Shown here in pieces: positions 56,601 through 64,000 of a stretch of DNA of 64,000 nucleotides. The notes beneath the pieces are model-generated. The model was not told the DNA's origin. It ran no database searches and saw nothing but the letters and a program-made list of their open reading frames with translations. This DNA is from Octopus vulgaris (lineage: Eukaryota): contig OX597818.1 of assembly GCA_951406725.2 (NCBI GenBank), forward strand, positions 134,912,001 to 134,976,000. The letters run 5' to 3'. Made by a program: the position numbers and the translations under genes. How positions within the stretch are numbered: position 1 is the first letter of the stretch; each line of letters begins with the position of its first letter.

Positions 56601-59600
56601 GACACATGAGGTATCAAAAGATACGTCAATCTTTCGGCTACCAAATAAAGTGTGTCTTTTGCACAACAACTACATTTTTTTACTACAAAAATAACCTTGA
56701 AAACTAGGTCAGGTTGCACAATTTTCAGGTCTTTAGCTAAAGGAGACAACTCTACCTGAACAATTTTTAAGTCTTAGAAAATGTTTAAGATACATGGAGT
56801 TTTACCAGGGAATGAAACTTCGAAGATATACCATCAACTGTATAGGTATTATTCAGTAGATAATCTTTTAATGTGAAGTATGTTTGTCAGTGTTTTGTTT
56901 GGCCCAGTGTTGCTTCTGATGTAGCAGATACACTGCATAGTTTTTTTTATCTTTTCTTCTTCCTGAAATACTGTCAATCCATTAAGTCTTTAAACATTAC
57001 TTTACTGGGTTTAGTCTTTCGACTGTCGCCATGGTGGTGTATCACCTTCAAAAATTTAATCGATCATACTGACCTCAGCATGTATTTTAATCTAGCATTT
57101 ATTTTATAGATCTGTGATTGAACTGCTAACTTTGAGACATAGGACACAATACTTAATTTAACAACAAATGTAAACACACACAGACATATTAGATGCAACC
57201 ACATGGTTCCACATTCAGTCCTTCTGCATGGTATCATGGGCAAGTGTTTTCTACTATAGTCCTAGGCCAACCACAGACTTGTCACTGAATTTGGTTGATG
57301 GAAACTGCAGTGTTGTTCATTAGAAAATGACCAAAAAACATGTTTATAAAGAAGAGTTGTTTGCTTCATACTCCTTGTGTGCCAATTCTGCCCATAAGAA
57401 AGGAACAAGTAATATAATAAGGCTGTAGGTTATAAAACCTGGGCAATGCTGGGGTGCATTACTAATAATGAAGAAATAAGAAAATGAGAGAACAAATAAG
57501 GAAAGAGAACAAGATGCCTAAAGATACCATGAACATCTATTGGTGATCAACAGAACATCTATCAGGGCAAGGGACTTGTGTATGAAAAGTTCACCGTCTG
57601 TGGCTCCAAGAAGTTTCAACTATCAGTGATCAGTAGAGATCATGACTAAATATTTCAACAAGGGATACGGTCATGAGGAGAAAATGGGGCACAGAGCACC
57701 ATAAGCTGTATAACAAAGATCATTTCATTGAAAGCATACACATAAGAAATATTCAATAGACATGGTAGCTGAGTCTGTTGGTAGGTTTACTACTTACTGA
57801 AGAGAAGATGCTAGTTCTCCATTTGAAATCGTTGTCTGCAACTTGGCCATGGGTGACGATGGTTTACCAAGGTCAAGTAAACCCAAAGTTAGGTCATTGT
57901 TAAACATGTTGTTGAATTTACTGGAATACTGGAAATCAGCTGGAATAGAAAATTTGTATTATATTACATACATACACACACACATATATATATTATTTTA
58001 GGTAGTTGTTGGTTATGGCCAATCAGAAAGTTATCCATGGTTTTACATCTATTATTGCACCTCAGCAATATAGGCAACTTATCAGATGTTGGAAAAGGCA
58101 GTCAAGCTAGTATTTATGACTTGTTATGCTGACCCCGAAAGGATGAAAGGCGAAGTCGACCTCGGCGGAATTCGAACCCGGAACGTAACGACAGACGAAA
58201 TACGGCTATGCATTTCGCCCGGCGTGCTAACGTTTCTGCCAGTTCGACGCCTCAGCAATATAGGCAACTTATCAGATGCTGGAAAAGGCAGTCAAGCTAG
58301 CATTTATGACTTGTTATGCTGACCACTTATTGGTAGGATTACAACAGTTACCAGATATTGAGGCCACAGCTATGGGAGATTTGGTGTCCAGAGTTAGAGT
58401 GTTTATGGGAAACAAGATACAAAAACTCACAGTAGTGGTTATTGTGGGACAGAGTGCAACGAGATAGAAAATGTGAGCAATGAGGGCCAGTTAGAGGGAA
58501 GGGGACAAGTACAAACATTTAAACCAGCTATATGAGGCTCAAATATTCTACCTTCTTAATGAACAAACCAGCCAGATCTGGCCATTCACACCTGCCCTAT
58601 AATATCATTCTAGAACAAACCATCACGCCATCAAAATCTTAAAGCTATGAGATAATGCATGATTAATTCATAATAATGTGAATAAAGCTTTACATTTGAC
58701 AATAATCTGACTGCTAAAGGTTTCAGATGTCACAGGCCGCACTATGATCAGGGATTGTAAGGAGTTCAAGCCTAAGTTGATGTGCAACTAATGTAACCAG
58801 GCAAGTCATATAGCAAGCCATTGTAACCTGAGAAAGGAAAGGGGATTAGTGTGCTGGTAGCTACTTCGTCAACTGCTTATGATGAAAGTCCCAGTAGTGG
58901 AGAGCACAACAAGAGCCTTGATTGGTACAAGTTGCATGATAACTCTAGTGACTTCATGGCTGGTGGACAGCTAGGGTGGAATGAGCAGCATAAGGGTGGT
59001 TGTTGAGAGAAAGGTTCAGTGTAAGGATACCAGCACCATAGAATTGATGGTACAGGAGTGCAGTTGACAGTCAAGGTGATTGGCCAACTGGGAGCATGAA
59101 ACTATTTCCATTGTTCACTCTTTTCCATTACATAAACGTATGAACCAATCAAGAAAAAACTTTACATGGTAACTAGACCTGCATGAAACACCCACTAAAT
59201 TTCCCTTAAAGCTCACCTTACTGTCTTATGAAAGAAAACATTGGACAATGTAGCATTGGCTATATCAACACAGAACAGTCACAGAATTTCTTTATAACAT
59301 AGGTCTATTAAACCAGGATTGAACTGTTACTAAACAGCAATCTAGGGAGATAAGAGAAGTTGTCATGACCTTGACAAGACTTAAAGGATGCTCTCAGACC
59401 TAAATTGTCTCCATTCATTCACTAATTACTTTACAGAGTGTACCAGGAAGGCAATTTATCATGACACTAGCATGAGTTAAAGTCATTTTGTGGCCAAAGT
59501 TAAAGAGTTTTCTCTATTTTGTGGTGTCTCTTTTCATTCAAGGTAACATGATCAAGAGTATGAATAGTGAACCATATATGAAGGAGGATGTTTTAACCCA

Positions 59601-62600
59601 CAGAATAGAAGAAAGAAGAATAAAATGACAAGCTAAAAGATATTTCTTCAAAGGAATAGAAATAAAGCTTACTTGGAATATCACAATGATTTTGAAGTGG
59701 GGTTGGTGATATATTTTCATTGGGGTTTTGATTACCTTCAAAGAGAAGAAACAAAATATTATTTAGTGGAATTATTTCTAAAAAAATCCCAAACATTGCA
59801 AAACTGCAAGTATTGACAAATGCAAAAATTTAAATAAAAAAAAAATAAAGATGCTTCATAAAGAGCAGGCATGGCTGTGTGTAAGAAGTTTACTTCCAAA
59901 TCACATAATTCGAGGTTCAGTCCCATATGTATCACATTAGGCAAATGTCTTCTACTATACCCTTAGGCCAACCAAAGCCTTGTAAATGGATTTGATAGAT
60001 GGAAACTGAAAGAAGCCTGTCACATGTGTGTCTTTGTGTTTGTCTTCCCCCCACTACCACCACTTAAAAACTGGTTTTGGATTGTCTACATCCCCATAAC
60101 TTAAGAGACCGATAGAATAAGTACCAGGCTTTAAAAATAAATACTAGAGTTGATTCATTTGACTAAAACCCTTCAAAACGGTACCCTAACATGACCACAG
60201 TCCAAAGACTGAAACCAGTTAAAGAAATAAAAGTTTAAAAAAAAAGAAAAGAAAAGAACCTGCTAGAAACCAACGAACTTCCCTTTAAATAACATTCTAC
60301 TGTGTTAAAAATAAAGGGAACATTGAATAATATAATCCATTGCTTGAAAAAAAAAGATGGGAGAGTCATGGTTGGAATGGTCTTTGTAGGCCACTGGTTC
60401 AAATGGAACATCTTCAATAACAACAACCACCACCACCTCAGGACAGACCCCACCCCTCTCTCTCTTTTGGAGAGGCACTGAGCAGCTATATGCACACATA
60501 CACACACGGCAGTAACTTCCACCTACCGAATTCAATCACAAAGCTCTGGTCGGCTCGGGGCTATAGTGGAAGACACCTACCCAAAGTGCCACGCAGTGGG
60601 ACTGAACCCGAAACCATGTAGCTAGGAAGCAAGCTCCCTAACCACACAGCCATGCCCGATAATAGATTATTGTTTACCTTGATCTGTATTAGTAGATGTG
60701 GTTGGAATAGTTTGAGATGCTGATCCATTGGTTTGGTTAGAATATCCTTTATGGAGACCATTGCACTGTGAGGAGAATATATCTAATGGTGAAGGTATGG
60801 AGGCTTGACTACCTGTATTGATTACCATCATACGATGACCGTACACACCTGGTGGAGAAAAAACTGGAAATATTAAAGCAATGTAAATGGAGAAACTGTA
60901 ATGTTGTCAGTAATTGGAAGCACTCCGTCGGTTACGACGACGACGGTTCTGGTTGATCCGAATCAACGGAACAGCCTGCTCGTGAAATTAACGTGTAAGT
61001 GGCTGAGCACTCCACAGACACGTGTACCCTTAACGTAGTTCTCGGGGATATTCAGCGTGATACAGAGAGTGACAAGGCCAGCCCCTTGAAATACAGGTAC
61101 AACAGAAACAGGAAGTAAGAGTGAGAGAAAGTTGTGGTGAAAGAGTACAGCAGGGATCACCACCATCTCCTGCCGGAGCCTCGTGGAGCTTTAGGTGTTT
61201 TCGCTCAATAAACACTCACAACACCCGGTCTGGGAATTGAAACCGCGATCCTATGACCGCGAGTCCGCTGCCCTAACCACTGGGCCATTGCGCCTCCACT
61301 TGTCAGTAATTACAGCAGGTAAGGAATATAACAAGATACATTTAGCAATGTAGAATGAGGTGGAAAATGTTTATTAGATGTTTGGACTTTTACAAGCAAT
61401 ATTGAAAGATTAAATATCAAACTGAAACATCAAAATTCTTAAGTACTGAAATTCTTAACATGGGAAAGAAGAGATTATTAGATGTGTGAGGAGAGGAGTA
61501 GGAGTGGCTGTGTGGTAAGTAGCTTGCTAACCAACCACATGGTTCCAGGTTCAGTCCCACTGCGTGGTATCTTGGGCAAGTGCCTTCTGCTATAGCACCG
61601 GGCTGACCAATGCCTTGTGAGTGGATTTGGTAGACGGAAACTGAAAGAAGCCTGTCGTATATATGTATATATATATATATATGTATGTGTGTTTGTGTGT
61701 CTGTGTTTGTCCCCCTAGCATTGCTTGACAACCGATGCTGGTGTGTTTACGTCCCCATCATTTAGCGGTTCGGCAAAAGAGACCGATAGAATAAGCACTG
61801 GGCTTACAAAGAATAAGTCCCGGGGTCGATTTGCTCGACTAAAGGCGGTGCTCCAGCTTGGCCGCAGTCAAATGACTGAAACAAGTGAAAGAGTAAAAGA
61901 GAGAGAGTAATGGTTGGAAGTGTCTAAAGAATATAACTTTCTCAATATACAAATATTAATGCTCAGATTGAAAATCTTGCAAAAAAACTTTTAGCAGCTG
62001 ACAGATGTCTTAGGCTATGAGGTCTGTGATGTATATAGTGTGCACTATGTAATATAAAATGGTAAATTGCATAGATTTTCAGTTTGCCAGCTTGAGAATG
62101 ACTGAAACTTGTCAGGACTGGCAGTCTGATTTTGACAGAGGTGATTCCTTAAATAAAGTCCTAAAAGAATATATTATGATATTCAGCTCCTCTTCTACAT
62201 ATTGTAGATCTAAGTTAGTTGATTATTCTACTTAAATATCGAATCCTAAACCAGTAAGTCTACTGAAGTATCACTTCTAATTTTTTTCTCCTTTTTGGCT
62301 GCATTCTCATAAAATTCTCGGAGTATCTTGTTTTATTTTAAAACTAGCAGCATCGCCCGGCGTTGCTCGGGTTTGTAAGGGAAATAACTATATAAGCATT
62401 TTTAGAGAGTTATAGCCAAAAAATAGCAAAAAAATGCATTAAAAATGGAAAAAATATTATGGTAAATTTTTTTTTAAATCGTTGACTCATCAGACATTTT
62501 TAGAGAGTTACTTCCCTTATTTAATAGCGAAAAAATGCATTAAAATGGAAAAAAAATGATGGTAAATTTTTTTTTAAATCGTAGACTCATCGTAGACGCA

Positions 62601-63198
62601 CGCTAAAACCCAGAAGGGCTCCATATGAATCACGACTATAAGATACCTGGTTTTGGTTAAACTGCACCGCAAAATGTGGGAGTAGTTAGGAATCTAAATC
62701 GTAGGAGACAGACACACAACTTCACTTTTATATATAAAGATGTTACAGAGCTTTATAATATCTTTGAGTTTATTCTCTGCATTGTTACATTTATTGTCAG
62801 GGTTTTTAATCACATATTAATGTGATTAAAGAGTAAAGAGCAAACAATGTCAGAGGAAACTGACTGGAATTAAGAATCTTAATGAATAAATTTTATATAG
62901 AAACTGGATGGTGAAGTTAAAGACATTAGTATTCTAAAGGAAGCAGCTGTCTGTCATATTTAATCCTTTAGATATCAACTTGCCTGGCACTGCCCTACTC
63001 TCTCTCTTTTACTTGTTTCAGTCATTTAACTGCGGCCATGCTGGAGCACCGCCTTTAGTCGAGCAAATCGACCCTGGGACTTATTCTTTGTAAGGCCAGT
63101 ACTTATTTTATCGGTCTCTTTTGCCGAACCGCTAAGTGACGGGGACGTAAACACACACCAGCATCGGTTGTCAAGCAATGCTAGGGGGACAAACACAA

Positions 63199-63231
<33 letters not shown>

Positions 63232-64000
63232 CGACAGGCTTCTTTCAGTTTCTGTCTACCAAATCCACTCACAAGGCATTGGTCGGCCCGGGGCTATAGC
63301 AGAAGACACTTGCCCAAGGTGCCACGCAGTGGGACTGAACCCGGAACCATGTGGTTGGTTAGCAAGCTACTTACCACACAGCCACTCCTGCACCTGGTTC
63401 TATCGTACAAATTTCTTGTTTAAAAGTGATCTAAATTAAAACTTTTCATCAAAATTGCTCATTAATTTACGTTCCAAGCACCATTTTAACAATGGTAAAG
63501 GTATTGTACTAGCTTCATTATTTTCAAAATTATCTGAAAGTAACATAATTCAACAGAAATATGCTAACAAAAATGTTAATAGAATGGTATGGAGAAAAGT
63601 ATGAAAGATATTGCATGCGACTTCATAAAAGCTGTGAACAGTAAAATGTCATCTTTGTATCTCATGAAGAATTTGTAGGAGTAACATAGTATTACTAAGT
63701 ACCTTGCATTCCAACATGTTCTCATACCAGACTGCTGGAATCCACAATAGGCTTGATCCTATTTTTAAGCCTAGAATATGTGTGTTTGTGTAAGAGCAAA
63801 TAACAAAAACAAAGTGTGGCTCTAAGCATAAAGACGTAGAAAGTAGAATACTACAGAACATGGAGGAAACAAAACAAAATCTATATAAAATATATAGTCT
63901 GTGAGAATACAGAGGACTAAAGAACTTACTTGGTGGAGGTGCAACCCATTGGTTTAACTGACAGTTTGAACTGGGGCTGTTGGCTGGACTGAGCATAGTT
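44079..64000 (-). CDS. BICC1: Bicaudal-C (BICC1-like) KH/SAM RNA-binding protein gene, 3' part (9 coding exons; KH exons beyond window end)
   Basis: Spliced ORF contains APGSER, DYEHRKLLATKAMQKKP, PTNTWSGMGFSKS, SAM domain LFSKLGLGKYTDIFQQQEIDL...LGISTFGARKKMLLAI and terminal SGRW*, all BICC1 hallmarks as recalled. Confidence 0.93.
44265..44572 (-). mobile_element. Non-autonomous Helitron
   Basis: Same family. Confidence 0.85.
44925..45311 (+). mobile_element. SINE family B
   Basis: Match to family, internal deletion. Confidence 0.88.
45581..45984 (+). mobile_element. SINE family A
   Basis: Full copy, TSD taaaccttgcta. Confidence 0.9.
46067..46166 (-). CDS. BICC1: BicC SAM-domain exon (IDLPTFRTMNDNDLRMLGISTFGARKKMLLAIT)
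   Basis: tttcag acceptor, gtgagt donor, 100 nt. Confidence 0.95.
46388..46775 (+). mobile_element. RTE LINE ORF fragment with PHD-like finger
   Basis: CSIC...C..C..WTH..C...C..C followed by LEVVDSFRYLG...RIRIAWAKF. Confidence 0.82.
47717..47862 (-). CDS. BICC1: BicC exon, SAM N-terminal half (…DLAELFSKLGLGKYTDIFQQQE)
   Basis: tttcag acceptor, gtaatg donor, phase 1/0. Confidence 0.93.
47946..48175 (+). mobile_element. SINE family C
   Basis: Full copy. Confidence 0.87.
48601..48942 (+). mobile_element. SINE family A with two internal deletions, nested in an old family-B-like SINE
   Basis: TSD acaataggact. Confidence 0.85.
49216..49620 (-). mobile_element. SINE family B
   Basis: Full copy. 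Confidence 0.88.
49835..49949 (-). CDS. BICC1: BicC exon (QNMTDFPEVNRDPWKD...SPKKR)
   Basis: ttcatag acceptor, gtaagt donor, phase 0/1 fits neighbours. Confidence 0.8.
50027..50253. mobile_element. piggyBac-type MITE E
   Basis: Near-identical to 19242 copy. Confidence 0.85.
50624..50700. repeat. Near-perfect 35-bp hairpin
   Basis: Arms are reverse complements except one bulged G; 6-nt loop. Confidence 0.9.
50882..51111 (+). mobile_element. SINE family C
   Basis: Full copy, 17-bp TSD aggtattgtatctgatg. Confidence 0.88.
52083..52240 (-). CDS. BICC1: BicC exon (AMQKKPVGESRVPTNTWSGMGFSKS...PSYP)
   Basis: tattag acceptor, gtaagt donor; conserved PTNTWSGxGFSKS. Confidence 0.93.
53690..54060. 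mobile_element. Penelope-like terminal-repeat remnants with hammerhead motifs
   Basis: Two CUGANGA...GAAA-type cores, 43-bp inverted repeat, adjacent (TA)n. Confidence 0.65.
53788..53822 (-). ncRNA. Minimal type I hammerhead ribozyme motif
   Basis: GUUU-CUGACGA-A-GAGC(UCC)GCUC-GAAA-CGUU-AAAC: stem I, core, stem II and palindromic ACGU in place of stem III. Confidence 0.7.
54568..54970 (+). mobile_element. SINE family B
   Basis: Full copy. Confidence 0.88.
55161..55333 (-). CDS. BICC1: BicC exon (SERSSESG...APGSERKK...DYEHRKLLATK)
   Basis: tttcag acceptor (CAGTAG tandem), gtaaag donor; conserved motifs. Confidence 0.9.
55964..56460. mobile_element. Penelope-like inverted terminal repeats with decayed hammerheads
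   Basis: ~117-bp imperfect inverted arms 55964-56080 and 56344-56460. Confidence 0.6.
56532..57465 (+). mobile_element. Old Helitron-like element
   Basis: tatataaaacagagtttgtgtg start; cctgggcaatgctggg hairpin then ctaa end. Confidence 0.45.
57798..57939 (-). CDS. BICC1: BicC exon (DFQYSSKFNNMF...ELASSL)
   Basis: attccag acceptor, gtaagt donor, phase 1/2 fits. Confidence 0.78.
58131..58252 (-). mobile_element. SINE family C, 5' half only
   Basis: Lacks tail; lies between 75-bp direct repeats. Confidence 0.85.
59862..60233 (+). mobile_element. SINE family B, older subfamily
   Basis: Diverged full copy. Confidence 0.78.
60678..60863 (-). CDS. BICC1: BicC exon, S/G-rich linker (FSPPGVYGHRMMV...TNTDQ)
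   Basis: Open frame, gtaaac donor; acceptor at 60863 or in-frame alternative at 60848. Confidence 0.72.
60916..61299 (-). mobile_element. SINE family A
   Basis: Full copy, TSD ttgtcagtaatt. Confidence 0.9.
61496..61908 (+). mobile_element. SINE family B
   Basis: Full copy. Confidence 0.88.
62344..62740 (-). mobile_element. Non-autonomous Helitron with internal ~100-bp duplication
   Basis: Same family. Confidence 0.85.
63001..63394 (-). mobile_element. SINE family B
   Basis: Full copy. Confidence 0.88.
63930..64000 (-). CDS. BICC1: BicC exon, partial (TMLSPANSPSSNCQLNQWVAPPP)
   Basis: gtaagt donor at 63929, phase 1 matches next exon; runs off window. Confidence 0.65.

Noticed and set aside
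63703-63770. Possible extra BicC exon (LKIGSSLLWIPAVWYENMLECK)
   Set aside because: Available donors do not give phase 1 in an open frame; 63930 splices directly in frame to 60863

Overview
AT-rich, repeat-dense eukaryotic DNA. The SINE/LINE/microsatellite repertoire suggests an octopod cephalopod (Octopus-like); this is inference. Two multi-exon genes lie tail-to-tail. (1) On +, the 3' part of an STK31/TDRD8-like gene: 17 coding exons from 953 to the stop at 36805, encoding a coiled-coil region, a strongly degenerate pseudokinase and a ~290-aa S/Q/N/D-rich tail. (2) On -, the 3' part of Bicaudal-C (BICC1-like): 9 coding exons from the window end to the stop at 44079, including the SAM domain and the conserved SGRW* end, probably with a ~3.8 kb 3'UTR. 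Exons were reconstructed by hand from AG/GT sites, phase continuity and remembered similarity to human STK31 and BICC1. Introns contain three tRNA-derived SINE families, RTE and CR1 LINE fragments, a (GAT)n-tailed retroposon, non-autonomous Helitrons, piggyBac/hAT/Tc1 MITEs and a decayed mariner transposase. Most notable: minimal hammerhead-ribozyme motifs in Penelope-like inverted structures inside BicC introns (one core intact and in the sense strand), a nested 77-nt palindrome, several template-switch-type duplications with patchwork inserts, a tRNA-Glu/retroposon chimera, and Helitrons close to 3' splice sites. Most ORFs in the supplied track are repeat or microsatellite artefacts.
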